Source: Octopus vulgaris
Lineage: Eukaryota
Reading direction: 5' to 3'
NCBI GenBank assembly: GCA_951406725.2
Contig: OX597814.1
Span: forward strand, 137,454,001-137,518,000
DNA: 64,000 bases
Shown piece after piece: positions 25,764 through 39,880 of this stretch (position 1 is its first letter; each line of letters begins with the position of its first letter). The translations under genes and the position numbers were made by a program. The notes under the pieces were generated by a model. The model was given only the letters and a program-made list of their open reading frames with translations. It did not search any database and was not told the origin of the DNA.

Positions 25764-26159
25764 GTAAAAAAAAAAAAATGCCCTAAAAACATTGCACTTC
25801 TTACATATATTTTATACTGTATATACTCAGTACAAAGAAAGAAGATTCCTAATTCAAATAGTGATAGTAGCTTACTAACCTTCTTCCATCTCACTCTACT
25901 AGCTAGGTAATAGAATTTCAGCAAGCCATCCAAACTGTCCATAGCTTACAGTTCTACCCTGCAGAATTGTAAATTTACCAAATGCAATAGTGAGCTATTT
26001 CTGAAATTGTTTACTCCAGTAATTTGTACACAATAATGTAAATTTCCAAATACCAGTTCATATTAACATTGAAAATTTAATGAAAGATATTAAAAATTCA
26101 AATTACTGATGATATTTAAAAATTCTGAGACTCATTTTTTAAATTTTGTCTCCTTTTAG

Positions 26160-26305
26160 GCTCATGGTCAGTGGCTCAGCATCATTACCACAGCCGATCA
26201 TGGAGCGATGGGAAGAAATCACTGGACATCGATTGTTGGAACGATATGGCATGAGTGAAATCGGGATGGCTCTGACCAATCCACTTGATGGGCCCAGAAT
26301 TCCAG
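26160..26305 (+). CDS. ACSF3: ACSF3-like coding exon 4
   Basis: ttttag|g then [48 protein letters not shown]-g|gtctgt; phase 2-1. Carries a variant of the malonyl-CoA synthetase ERYGM(T)E motif. Not in the ORF track; translated by hand. Confidence 0.93.
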
Positions 26306-27763
26306 GTCTGTGTTAAAAAAACTGCCAAGCTACTTTATGTACATAATCATCATCATTAGTTTTAAGGTCTGTTTTCCAGACTGGTATGGGTTGGACTGTT
26401 TGACAGGATCTGATGGTCACAGGACTGTGTTAAGCTTCAATATCAGCCTTGGCATGGTTTCTACAGCTGGATGCTCTTCCTAGTGCCAACTACTTTATAG
26501 TATGTGCTGGGTGCTTCCCCCCCCCCCCCATCCCGGCTACTGCTGTTGGTGAGGTTACCAGGTTACTTGCAAGACTTGAAGGGGAAAAGGAAAAAGCCCC
26601 GTTGATTGAGAGAGGGGAAGATGGCTTTCTCCCAGGTGTTCAGAGGCTGAAATATGGAAGAAGGCAAGCCCAGTTGTCTTGCTATAAAGAAGATATATAT
26701 TTACCTCATATTATGCAAGGATGGATGAGAGCAGCTAGAAAGATGAGATAATGGTGACATGGTATGTTAACAAACTTTCAAGGTACAGGGGACGTATAAG
26801 AGGATATGAGCAGTGGATCTAGGAGAGGGGTAATTTCATAAGAGTATGAGAAGAGAGTAATGAATGGTTAGCTGAGAGATGAGGGCAGAGGAGAATGTAG
26901 TCTGTTATGAACAAAAGTGGAAGTGTGGTTAATGGGAAATATCAGGAGGGAGGTGAGATAGAAGTGGATCAAGAAGTAGAGGAATGGTGTGCAAGGTGAT
27001 GTATATTCACAGAAAGGAGTAACTATAGTAACTGGGGTGACAACTGGAGAGGAGTGAGGACCTTTGATGGCAAACATGAGGGGGTGTGGAGAATGGTAGC
27101 TGATATGAAAAGTGCTAACATGGAGATATGGCAGCTCAGAGAAGACAGATAGATAACTGAAGTTACAGAAATTGGTTGTTCAATGAAAGATAGTGTGGAA
27201 AGGGATGATAATGAAAATGAGTTGTAATTTATTAGTGAGTTAGCACCGATCCAAATTTGATTACCCACTGGAGCTGTTTTATTTGTGCTGTTGTACTTTG
27301 CCAATGCATAAAATTTACAATTATTATCATTTTCCTTAAGAAGTTTTAAACAAAAATCGTTGCACAAATCAACAATATTATACCAAAAACTCTTCTACAA
27401 AGGAACTTTCTCTTGAATTTTTTCCAAATGTAGATTAACATCATGTTAGTTACATCCAGAATGATCCACCTTGGTTAATATACATATCAAATTGAGGCAT
27501 TGAGGTAACTTGGAAACTTAGGCTATCATGGTAGTCTTGCTGAAGATTGAAATATTGTCAGGTGGTCACTACTCCTACTTATGGAAACTCCTGGAAAAAA
27601 TGCCAATCTGTCCATTGTAGGGTTATCCCCTGCACTGTGGCTGGTTCTTATTCTCAGAGCAATGTGAAATGGAGTACCTTGCTCAAGGACACAATTTTCC
27701 CCTGGTCTGGGAATTAAATTTACAATCTTGAAGTCACAAACCAAATATCTAATATATATATAT

Positions 27764-27936
27764 CAGATGTGGCTGTGTGGTAAGAAGTTAGCTTCTTAAC
27801 CACGTGATTCTGGGTTCAGTCCCACTACATGACACCTTGGGCAAGCGTCTTCTACTATAGCCTTGGATCAACTAAAGCCTTGTAAGTAGACTTCAGACAG
27901 AAACTGAAAGAAGCCTATAGTGTATGTATGTGTATT

Positions 27937-27968
<32 letters not shown>

Positions 27969-28122
27969 AATTAATCAAAGGACATATTAAATATGTCTAC
28001 CTGCTGGAAATAAGTCAAAACTCTTATTTAAATCGCCAGAATACACATAACTACAGAAATCAACCGTCTATTTTTCTTGAATTATTTTTCTCGTGAATTA
28101 ATTACTCCATACTAAAATTTTG

Positions 28123-28156
<34 letters not shown>

Positions 28157-28372
28157 TACATATGTGTGTCTGTCCCGCACCCCCTGCTTGACAACCAGTG
28201 TTGCTTTGTTTATAATCCCTGTAAGCTAGCAGTTTGGCAAAAGAGACTGATAGAATAAGTATCGGGCTTAAAAAAAAGAATAAGTAAGAACTGAGGTTCT
28301 TCCTTTTCAATGAAACCCTTCAAGATGGTACCCCAGCATGGCTGCAGTCCAATGACTAAAACAAGTAAAAGA
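27764..28372 (+). mobile_element. SINE family A copy, interrupted in its central microsatellite
   Basis: Head 27764-27920 and tail 28160-28372, with ~150 bp of unrelated AT-rich sequence between two (TA)n runs. Confidence 0.7.
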
Positions 28373-29210
28373 ATATATAATGTATAGGTGACTGCATATC
28401 TCTGTGGTCAAGAAGTTCACAGCATCCTGGACAAGTGTCGTCTAAAGCCCTGGTCCAGGCAAAGTTTTGTGAGGGAATTTGGTAGTAAGTATAAAAAACC
28501 CATTATGTGTGTGAGTGCATGTACCCATGTATGTTTTTGTCTCCTTGTCTTGACACATTAGCTGCAAACAAATATCACTAGTATACAAGTGTTGTAATTT
28601 ATTCACAATCTTCTGTGAAAACATGTTTAGCTATTATGTTGTTCATATTCAAAAGAGACTAAGAGAAGTATTACCTTGATTGGAAAGATGTAAAGGTTGG
28701 TGACAGCAAGAATATCCAGCCGTAGAAATTCTACTTCAATAGATTTTGTCTGACGCTAGCATGGAAACAGATATTAAAACAATGGAAAATATACACACAT
28801 CAGCAGGCAGTGTCAGTGAACTGTTTTTTTGTGTAACTGTTTACATGAAGAATGTGTTTAAGGTAGAAATATTTTTTGTAGACACAACCTGCTTTCTTGC
28901 CCAATCATTGAACAACGCAACCCTAGTATGGGTTGGATGCTATTTTGTTTGAAAAATTATTTTTATTGATAGGTACTATGATTTTAAATATCCCAAATTC
29001 AGGTAGACATGATGCTTAAGATAAGGTTAAAAGGGATCTCTTATGTTGACAACTTTTGTAGATATGTTTGTAATGTAATTGATGTAAAATAGGAATTGAT
29101 ACTGTGTTGTGGATTACCTTAGTAGATGCTATTAATTTCTTCATGGTACACATTGCAATAAAAAAAAACCCATCGTTTTTTTTTTGTTTTTTTTTTATAT
29201 AATTTTTCAG

Positions 29211-29330
29211 GTTCTGTCGGTCACCCTATGCCTTGGGTAGACGTTTGCATTGCAAAACCAAATGTTTATGCAAAATGGGGTTATGATGTAATAGCTCAGG
29301 GAAATTCTTCAAAAACTGTGGTTTCCCCAG
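29211..29330 (+). CDS. ACSF3: ACSF3-like coding exon 5
   Basis: Long polypyrimidine tract, ttttcag|(G)SVGHPMPWVDVCIA...KTVVSP-g|gtatgt; 120 nt, phase 1-1. Confidence 0.9.
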
Positions 29331-30686
29331 GTATGTCTGCTGTTTTATTCCTTTTCATCATGAGACATAGCTGTCTTAGGAAATTGCTTATAAAACATCT
29401 TTTATCTACATGATTGAATTGCCTTCATTGAGCAGCTAGTGCTTAGCAAAACTGTATAAGTTAGAACCAATTGGCTATAGGATATGTTAAGTTAATGGTT
29501 AGCATATTTAGTGAAGGGAAAATCAAAAAGCTTACTGGAAACAATGTGGTATGGTAAAAACAACATAAGTTTGACTAATAGTGTTTAAATATTTTGGGAA
29601 GTGTGGGTGTCAACTCTAATCACTTGCTTGCTGACTGTATAGAATGTGTTGTATTGCATGCTTATAATCAGCCAAGCTTTTGTTTCTTGTCCATTATTTG
29701 ATGTTGTCAGTTCATAAATATCTTTGACACCTTCCTGCTCATTTCGCTTCCAACTTTTCTAACTCTGCAGCATTTATTTCGTCTTAGCAGCTTATTTTGC
29801 CCAGTTTGAAAAAGATTCCTTTTTCAAAGCCATCTATCTTTTCTATTGCTTTTTACTTCGTCTAAGTTTCTCTTCCACAAAGTATGATTGGCATAATACA
29901 ACAAATTACTATCCTTAGTTGTAGGTGCAATTTTACATCCTTAGAGGTGAAGTTCTTTTTCATTCTTATAAATGCTGTTTTTGCCTTATTTATTCAAGTA
30001 ACTTCACTCCAGCCTTCTTGATCTGACATGAAAAATCCTTAAACAAAGGAACAATTCTAATGAATCTTTTTCCAAAAGCAGATTAACATCACATCAGCCA
30101 CATCCAGAATTATCATTGTTGGTTAATATGCTATGCATACTTAATGTACATATGTACATTATTAAGTAGTAGAAAATGATGTGTCAAGCTGTTGTTACTC
30201 CTACCCATGAAGCTTCCTTCTGTATACAAAATACAAAGTCACAGAGGCACAGATGTTCTTTTGAAAAAAAAGTTCCTTTGTAGAAGAGTTTTTGGTATAA
30301 TATTGTTGATTTGTGCAACGATTTTTTATACATCCCCTGAACAGGGACACACTTTAGTGCCACATACTGAGGTGTTTCCTGTTGAACATAAGGCTGTAAT
30401 TATCTGCTTCAATTTATTCTTCATTTGTTGCAGCTTCAGTAATGAGGCTTTTTTTTATGGAGTGAAGTTGTTAGCCCTTATGTCCAACTCTCAAGTGCTG
30501 TTTATACCATTCCTCTCTTGGCATGAAACTTTGCCAATATTTAATCTTTTTTTTTAATACATATGACCCCATAAAATTTGTAATAAATATATATGTATAT
30601 ATAATTTGCATAATATCAAAAAATTTGTTTTAGAAACTAAATTCAAAGGTCCTCAATTTTGGATGTTTAAAACAAAAATTTGAATA

Positions 30687-31088
30687 GGCGCAGGAGTGGC
30701 TGTGTGGTAAGTAGCTTGTTTACCAACCACATGGTTCCGGGTTCAGTCCCACTACGTGGCACCTTGGGCAAGTGTCTTCTACTATAGCCTCGGGCTGACC
30801 AAAGCCTTGTGAGTGGATTTGGTAGACGGAAACTGAAAGAAGCCCGTCGTATATATGTATGTATATATATATGTGTGTGTGTGTGTTTGTCCCCCTAGCA
30901 TTGCTTGACAACTGATGCTGGTGTGTTTATGTCCCCGTTACTTAGCGGTTCGGCAAAAGAGACCGATAGAATAAGTACTGGGCTTACAAAAGAATAAGTT
31001 CCGGGGTTGAGTTGCTCGATTAAAGGCGGTGCTCCAGCATGGCCGCAGTCAAATGACTGAAACAAGTAAAAGAGAGAGAGAGAAGAGA
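30687..31088 (+). mobile_element. SINE family A, full-length copy
   Basis: Starts ggcgcaggagtggctgtgtggtaag; intact A and B boxes and tail. Confidence 0.88.
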
Positions 31089-31229
31089 TTAAAAAAAAGT
31101 GGAGATAAAATTATGGATGGGAGTGCTTACTCTGAAATTGATATCTTTTGCATTGTTGTTTGGCTCATTTCTTTTTGTGCTTTTGGTATTGTTGTTCATG
31201 TTTGTGTGAATATAGGGTGTATGATTATA

Positions 31230-32489
31230 TTAGGTTGTCAAGAAAGTTCTTGTGGTTTTTAACCTTTAAATTCAGGTGCACATATCTCAGCTCATACAAA
31301 ACTTTATTAATCGAAATAAACACCATCAGAATCAACACACTTTTGCCAACGCGAAACAAGTTTATTTATGCCATTAGCGTAAATATCCTGCGTGATGAAG
31401 GCGTGTTTGGCATCGTCTTGGTTTTTGAAGCATTTCTCATGCAGGAAGTTGTCGAGATGCTTGAAAAAGTGGTAGTTGGTAGGCGAGAGGTCTGGTGAGT
31501 ATGATGGATGAGGCAGAGTTTTGTAGCCCAATTCGTTCAACTTATGCAGGGTCAGTTGTGTGATGTGTGGCTGAGTGTTGTCGTGGAGAAGAATTGGTCC
31601 TTTTCTATTGACCAATGCTGGCTATTGTTGTCGGAGTTTCTTATGCATTTCATCCATTTGCTGACAGTGCTTCTCCGCCATAATGGTTTCGCCTGGATTC
31701 ACAAAGCTGTGTTGGATGAGACTGGCCATAGACCATCAAACAGTCATCATGACCTTGCAACTTTGGCTTCGGGAAGTGCTGTGGAGCTTCGTCGGCATCC
31801 AACCACTGAGCTGAGCATTGCCGGTTGTCATAAAGAATCTATTTTTCATCGCAAGTCACAATCCAGTTGAGAATCAGGTCATTCTTGTTGCATAAAAGAA
31901 GGGATGATGACACTTCAAAACAGCATTTTTTTTGGTTGTCGTTCAATTTGTGCGGCATTTCTCAAGTATTTTTGTTTTTCCAATCTCTTTCAAGTGGTTG
32001 GAAATTGTCGTATATGTTACGTCTAATTCAGAAGCAAGCTCTCGAACAATTGTACTTGGATTGGCTTCCACTAGGGCTCTTAGTTGATCATTGCCCAACA
32101 TCCAGTGGCCAACCACTACACTTATCATCTTCAAGACTCTCGTCACCGCTACAAAATTTCTTGAACCACCATTGTACTGTACATTCATTAGTGGTTCCTG
32201 GGCCAAACACATCATTGATATCACGAGCTGTTTCAGCAGCTTTTCAGCCTAGCTTGAACTGGAATAAGAAAATTGTGCGAATTTGCTTTTTGTCTATGTT
32301 GTATTCAACATTCTGGGGAAAAAAATGGCCTAATTATTCAAAAAGAAAAAGAGTAATGCAATTAGATAGAGCGAAAAACGGGCTTTAAAATGATATATAA
32401 AGTCAAAGTAATTTAACGAAAATTAATTTGAAAACACATCATTTAAAGCCAAAATTAAAAATTCTGCAAGAACTTTCTTGACAACCTAA
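31230..32489 (-). mobile_element. Full-length defective mariner (Hsmar1/cecropia-like)
   Basis: TA-flanked TIRs ttaggttgtcaagaaagttcttg / caagaactttcttgacaacctaa; 1260 bp. NRKGPILLHDN, YSPDLSPTNYHFF; frameshifted. Confidence 0.93.
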
Positions 32490-32937
32490 TATCAAATCAT
32501 TTGTTTAAAATTGGGGGGTGGGGGTGATTATAAGGATATTTGGCTGCAATTTCTAGCAAAAACCACATCAAGGTTCCATCATGCAGTAAAACTATCAAAA
32601 TTATTCAGTTGATTAATTAGATTAATAATTAATGCTTTATCAGTGGAGGAGCTCATTTTCAGCTGATGCTTACCACCATCATTTACAGTAAATCAAAGTA
32701 ATTTTTTATTAGGAAATACAAATACACGATCACAATATATAATTCAACATCAACAAGGCAGAGATACTTTTACCCAACTTTCTTTGAAAGTCTCTTTTAT
32801 GCTTCTTTGTTCTAAACACCAGTTAAATAATGGCAGAATTCTTCATAAAGTTTTAAATTATTTGAGAAAAAGGGTAGTGTATTTTAACTGAAATGTTGTA
32901 ACGGAAAGGTTAATATGCCTATCATCTCACTTATCAG

Positions 32938-33054
32938 GAATGGAGTCTGAACAAGGGGAGTTATATGTACGAGGACCCAATGTATTTAGTGAATATTTCC
33001 AACGACCTGATGCAGTAAAGAGATCTTTTACAAAAGATGGTTGGTTTAAAACAG
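32938..33054 (+). CDS. ACSF3: ACSF3-like coding exon 6
   Basis: tatcag|(G)[20 protein letters not shown]...DGWFKT-g|gtgaga; 117 nt, phase 1-1. Confidence 0.93.
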
Positions 33055-34727
33055 GTGAGACTGTTTTCTTCATTTTTGATATTTGCTGTTCTAATCCAAC
33101 TTTTCATATTAAAATGTGTTTTTTAACTTTTGTTGTAATAATTTTTATAAATGCATTTCTACTTACCTACCACTTGGCTATGAGGTAGAGTGGAAATGCT
33201 ACAGTTTGGCTTGAATTAACAAGCATATATAATTAGTAACCTACCTTTTTCTTGCCTCACATTCATTGCTTTTCTTGTATATTCTACATGATTACAGAAA
33301 ATTAAATGTTTTTAATTAATTTTTAAGCCAAAACAATGTAGGTTATGAAAAATTCATGATAAAACAGGTTGATGGTTTGTACTTATTAGGACCCTTTCTT
33401 CTAGAAATCTATGGAGAAAAGGTGTTGTTAGCTGACTTCTACTGAACATTGACTTGTGTTATTGTTTATAATTTATATTGTTTTGGTTTAACAATATATT
33501 TGTATATATCAGAAAACAATACTACCCTACAAGAAATTAAATTTCTCCATTAAGAAATTGTGTTTTCAAAGACATTGTTGTGTGGCTACAATGATCACTT
33601 TGCAATCATATAGTTTTAGATTTGGTTCCACTCTGTACTATCTTGAGCAAGTGTCCTCTACTCTAACCTCAGTATGACTAATGTCATTTGAGTAGAATTG
33701 GTAGATGGAAATTGTTCAAAGCCTGTTTTATATATATATAAATAAATAAATAAACATCATCATCATCGTTTAACATCTGTCTTCCATGTATGCATGGGTA
33801 GGACAGTTGACAGGAGCCAGCCAGATAGAAGACTACCTTAGGCTACTGGGTTTTTACAGCTGGATATGTGGGTGTGTCTTTGTGAATGTTTGCATTTTGT
33901 AATTGCATGAAATATCAGTAAGCTACAGACAGTATTGTCTGTTGTCATATCCTTGTCATCAGAGCATGTGGTAGCTCTGCATTTTTGAAGATGAATAAAA
34001 ACTACCTCACTTGAAAAACAAGTAAATGAGGGCATCTATCTTTAAAAAATTAGCAACAGTAAGTCTCATCTATTCTGTGTGAGTATGCAAAAATATGGAC
34101 ATAAAACTGATGATGGTAATGCTTCTGATAGTGCATCTTATTATGGACCATTACTATATATAACAAAAGTTAGATTTGATTGGTGAACTCTTGCTCATTA
34201 ACTTTTCACTATTTGTTGCAAACAACCATCTTCTCATATTCTCTGCTTGTTACTTTGAGCATTTTTCATTGTCTACAGTGTTTGTTACTTTAACAGGTAT
34301 TTTGATTGAGGTTGTCAATTTTCGATGACATTAAGGATATCTGACTGTTACTTGTGCTCCTCCTCAGACTGTTTTTTGTTCAAGAATGATATTTTTATGA
34401 AAACCAAGTATTTGTGCTGAATGCACAAATATTTTAAACCTTGGCCCCTTTTGATGTTAGAAAGGCAAACTGTCTGGAAGTCTTTGAGCATTGACTTTCC
34501 AGTATGGTTGATATTTTGGTTTCTGACCTTGTTGATCAAAACTTGAAGTAATAGTGTAAACTAACTTGAAATGTAATAATAATGTTGTAATTTTTGTAAT
34601 TTGACTTGAAGCATTTATAAAACAATTACAATCAGTATGATTTATCCCTCATATGATCAAGTTAAAATATTCTTTTAAATTTTCATAAGAAATTCAACTG
34701 TTAATGCTTTTAATACCTTTATTTCAG

Positions 34728-35122
34728 GTGATACAGCTATTTATGAAAATGGTGTGTATTCAATAATGGGACGTACTTCTGTGGATATTATTAAGAGTGG
34801 AGGTTATAAAATAAGTGCTCTTTATGTTGAGCGACACCTGTTATCACATCCACAAATTACGGACTGTGCTGTGATAGGACTTCCTGATATTACTTGGGGA
34901 CAGCGTATTGCTGCTGTCCTTGTTCTTAAAGAAGGTGCTGATGAAATGCCACTTGAGAGTTTACAGAGATGGGCTGAAAATCTTATGCCTTACTATCAAG
35001 TCCCTACAGTTGTGCGATATCTTAAGGCCATGCCTCGAAATGCCATGGGTAAAGTCAACAAAAAGGACATTTTTGCAACTGTTTTCCCAGAGTTCAACAG
35101 GTCTTCAAGGACAATAAGATAA
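34728..35122 (+). CDS. ACSF3: ACSF3-like coding exon 7 (terminal, includes stop)
   Basis: tttcag|(G)DTAIYENGVYSIMGRTSVDIIKSGGYKISAL...MPRNAMGKVNKK...TAA. Spliced CDS totals 1830 nt (609 aa plus stop). Confidence 0.93.
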
Positions 35123-36463
35123 AATATTTTTCCTCCTTTTCTATAAATGGAAATTATTAACAAATGGTTTTTGAAAAGGATGTGAAACAAAGATATAGGT
35201 TTGGAATTAGTAAGTGATTTTTATGACTTATTATTGTATTACAAATGTAGAAACTGATCACCAGCTGGTTTATTTGATGTGACAGTGTAGTTGGTGATCA
35301 CTGGTTGGTGTGATTAGTAATTTGCTTACTATAAAAAAACATTGTAATAGTGATATTCCAATCACAGAAATATGGGGTGTTACATCATTCATCATCAGTC
35401 TTCCATGCTCTCTAGAGAAAGATTTGAATTTATAAATAGTGAAATCTTGAATGAAATGAAGTAGAGAAATTTAGACAAATGAGGGCAACAACAGTGGTTA
35501 ATGTTTTTTATTACTTAATGAAGTAGATTGTAGTAGGATTGCCAGAACCACTAACTATCTTAGATGCTGTTATTGCCTTAAGCTTCCCATTACCATAGTA
35601 ATTTCTGTTGGAATACACAGCCTTTGCTTCAATTAATTTTCAAAATAATGAAGAATTTAGTAAAATAACTTTATTAAGCTGGCATTTGGAATAGATTTAC
35701 ATGAAATTTTTATGGAAGGTTTTAATTTAGATTACTTTAAAATAGGAAGTCGGTGGCATAGAACCAAGAGCAGTCTCAGGTGGATTGGTATCAAGGGGAC
35801 TAGATAGAAATAGATACTATTAAAACAATAAAAGAAATGGGGTAGGGGAGTTTAGATAATATTTAAACTACCAAATATTGTAATGTTTCACTACTATGAT
35901 AATTCAGACCTTCACTAATGTGTCTACTAAATATCATTGTCTCCATTATCACAATCCTTATGTCACAACTGTTGTAGTGACCTGGATGGAATGAATGGCA
36001 TGGTATCACTACTGTTGTATGCAGTAAACACTGTAAGATGCCATTGGCAACCTTAAGGGGATAGGTTTGGCAGAGATTAAAAGATTGGAATTTATATCAA
36101 TGAAAAAATGGATGTGATGGCTTAAAGAATCTACCTGGTGGAGTTTAAAATGCTATCAATTGTGATGATATGAATATCCATCTACGTGCTAGAGAAAGAT
36201 GTTTCTATCTACATCAGCTTCTAATCTGTAGTATCCTTAAAATAATCATTTTAGTATATATATAATAAATGGTTTGATGTCATTATATTTGTTACTATTA
36301 GATGTTGCAAATGGTGATGATTCACATGTGTGAACAATAGTTACCAGTGAATAGTTAGACTACTTCTTTGTCATTGCTTTTATAGTGTGCCAATTCATTC
36401 TATTGTCTAACTAGTAAACTGGTATCGGAAACCACCCATTAGATTTTTAGTGTGTCATGGGTG

Positions 36464-36660
36464 AGGGTGCACGACCTAGTGATTAAAGTGTTGCACTCAT
36501 GATGGCAAGATTGTGGGTTTAATTTCCGGACAAGGTGATGTGTTGTGTTCTTGAGCAAAACACTTCATTTTATGTTGTTCTGCAATCACTTCAACATCTG
36601 ATTTATAACACACTGTGCACTTGTACAGGTAATGTTGATTTGAAGGAAGGAGTGAGCTTA
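36464..36660 (+). mobile_element. tRNA-derived SINE family C, degenerate; antisense relative at about 27590-27745
   Basis: tRNA-like head followed by tgtgttcttgagcaaaacacttca. Confidence 0.5.
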
Positions 36661-38449
36661 TGTGAATGCAGACATTTGATGACTGTGACCAAATCATCTG
36701 TGCAGGTTGTTCAGCAAGAAATTGCAGAACTGTTTTTCTTCAACCTGCGATGCTCTCATATACATATACTGTGTCGTGGGTGTTAGTGATCACTGAAACA
36801 TTGTGTTGTTTTTACTTTCCTTATCCACCCCAAACTAAAAGGTATTAAATCATCATGCCCACTCTTAATATTTAGTCCAATTCAGTCTGTAAATACTGGA
36901 TGGTGTGAGTAGTATGGTGTTATAGTTGAAGTGGTGGTTTTCTGTTGTCAAAATTGTTGGAAGTAACTATTAATACATGTCCTTTGCCTTTATTGTTAAA
37001 AGGTTAGCATTATCATTTCAATAGTCAAATTTAGGTGTTTCTTTCTACACCAGTTTGACTGCATCAACATCCATTATGATAATTGCTGTGTGTAGGTACT
37101 TCAATACTATACACAATGTCTATATTTACATCAGGTACAGATTGTCAAAATTTCTACCACAGTACTGTACCTGTTATTAATATCCATATATATTTACTGA
37201 GTAATATATCTGCTACAATATTGTGTCCTAATATTAATCTCAACTTTTATGTTGTCTCTCCCAGTGCTGTATCAATTACAACAGGCATTATGTACAGGTG
37301 CCACTCAACCACTGTTAGTGTACCCACTGCAGTACTATCTCCATTATTAACAGCCATATATTCAGGTATTTTAGCATGTCTACACTAGCTACATGTTTTA
37401 CAGACATGTCTATTATAATACTCTGTTATAACAATTCTCTATGAAGGTGTATTATGTCAGTCTTTGTCTTCACATTTGCACCACAACTTACTGGTGTTAA
37501 GTTCCAGTTGAATTTCATGGCTTGTATTTTTTTTTTTACTTTTGCTACAAAGTAACCTTATCATTTAATTGTAACATTTAGAAGTGTTACACCATTATAC
37601 TCTGTCTTCATGCCTACAGCATTCATTGTAAAAGTTTTACATTAGCTCTAATCTTCATGAGAGTTTGGCTGAAGATGATAAATTTAGTTCCTGTTTTGCT
37701 TGTGTTTCTTAGTTAAGTTTTGACATAAGAACAAAAGTACTGAAGAAAAGTTTTTTTAGTCAACATTAATCAGTAAGTGGGCCAAAAACTGCTTGGGGTG
37801 TTATATTGAGCCCAAACTTTTGTCGACAGCAATATTTTTTCCATATTTCTCGCAATAATTCCTTATTTTTATTGTACACTTCTCCATAAAATTCTTTTTT
37901 CACTTTAAAGCTTTACAGTTTTGTGGGTTTTTTAAAATATTTTACATACATCTCAACTGGGTATGCACTTTAAGTATCATGTCTTGGTAACCTCTGTGGC
38001 CAGGATCTGCTTTTCTTGAATAGTAGCAGCTTCATTGGTGAACAATTTATATGATTCAACTTAAGTGTTACTAGGCTTCAGATTTTTCCAAGTGACATTC
38101 TTACTCTAATAGGTGTATTACAAGTGTCTCAATTCATGTATTTGTTTGTGTGAGAGCTTTATCAACTCAAACAACTCAGGTGTTTCTTGTCATTCACTGG
38201 GATGGGCATTTCTGTAGTATGCCAGTTCTTTGTACTTTTATCACTAATTTACTTTTTGTTGAGACAATGTTTTCTAATTCATTCATGATTGTTAGTGAGC
38301 CTAGCAGTCACTTAGGCTTTGTCTAGATACTGCTATGGTCTATATGCTCCTATTTAGCACCATACCTAGTGTATCTATCAAGTTGTAACAATAATTGTTT
38401 TCTGTTTCTTCAATGACAACTAAAACAAAATAGTGGTTAATGGAGGTGT

Positions 38450-39470
38450 GTTTAATCATAAACATAGTTACTATTGTTTTCAATGACCTTCCCCATCTGA
38501 TATCAAGCTTTTTAATGGTGTATGTATAAAATCCTTTTGCTTTTGACCTGAAATAATAGGCTAACTCATCATTGACCTTGATTTGAAGTTAGTTTAAGAT
38601 CATCCAAAAGACTTAAACTTTTAAACATGTGATAATTACAAAGGGTGAGGTCCAGGGAATATGGTGGATGAAGTGGATGAGTTCTTCCAGGAGATTTTTG
38701 GTCTTTCATGCAGTATGGGGTCATGCACTATCATGATGAAGGATGGTCCCTTTCCTATTTGCTAAAGACTAATCTTTTTGTTCAAAGTTGTTTTTAAATG
38801 CCTTGACTGTTGGCATAAACTTCAGCTCTGAATATTTATTGTTTAACAGCTTGTAATAAATGATTCACTGCACATCGACCATACACTTAAAAAAAAAAAA
38901 AAACCTCCTTTTGATGCAAGCCTGGTGAAACCACTGGCACCTCTGCTTAGCATTGTGGTAAAGAATCCACTTATCCTCAGTAATGGCTTTGTCCAGGGAA
39001 GGTACTTGAAGCTGACAGGAACGCAATGATGCACAGTATTTAACATGTCTGCAATTTTCTGCTGACAGGTCATATGGAATTCGCTTTCTAACCTTTGACA
39101 CTTTATCAAATCTTCTCATTTCACAATGGACCATCATATGGTTAATATTCAATGCCTGCTGAGTTTCCTAATTGTAATGGTTAGGTTAGCATCATCAACT
39201 GCTTCTAATACTTTGGAACCTAGTCTTCTTGGGCAACCTTCACTTGACTCCTTTAGAGTGAAGTCCTTTCTGAAACTAGAAAACCATCTCTTACATGTTC
39301 TTTTATACATCCTGCCATCTCCATGTGTGCTTTTGATGGAATTTGCTGCTGCTTATTCATTATTCTCTCTTTGAAGTTCATTGAGTACAGCATACTGAAT
39401 GTGTTCTTTATATGGAGCAAACATTAAGTTGATTGCACAACTCAAATTGTTCTGCAGCATTTTTGTATGC
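38450..39470 (-). mobile_element. Old mariner remnant
   Basis: TEDKWILY (TGDEKW-like) and decayed GPSFIMI/HHIPWTSP segments. Ends approximate. Confidence 0.6.
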
Positions 39471-39483
39471 ATTCACATACATA

Positions 39484-39880
39484 GGTGCAGGCATGGCTTG
39501 TGTGGTAAGAAGCTTGCTTCCCAGCCGCACTGTTCCAGGTTCAGTCTCACCGCGTGGCACTTTGGGCAAATGTCTTCTACTTTATATAGGCCTTGGGTTG
39601 ACCAAAGCCTTGTGAGTGGATTTGGCAGATGGAAACTGAAAGAAGCCCATTGTATATGTATGTGTGTCTGTGTTTGTGTCCCCCCTACCATTACATGACA
39701 ACTGATGCTGGTGTGTCTCTGTCCCTGTAACCTAGCAGTTCAGCAGATGAGACCAATAGAATAAGTACTAGGCTTGCAAAGAATAAGTCCTAAGGTTGAT
39801 TTCTTTGGCTAAAACCCCTAAGGTGGTGCTCCAGCAATACCGCAGTCAAATGACTGCAATAAGTAAAAGAATAAAAGAAT
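39484..39880 (+). mobile_element. SINE family A, diverged copy
   Basis: Colinear with 30687-31088, with CpG decay. Confidence 0.8.

Noticed and set aside
31040-31064. Hammerhead ribozyme (stem followed by GAAAC) in SINE and LINE tails
   Set aside because: No CUGAnGA core upstream of the stem.
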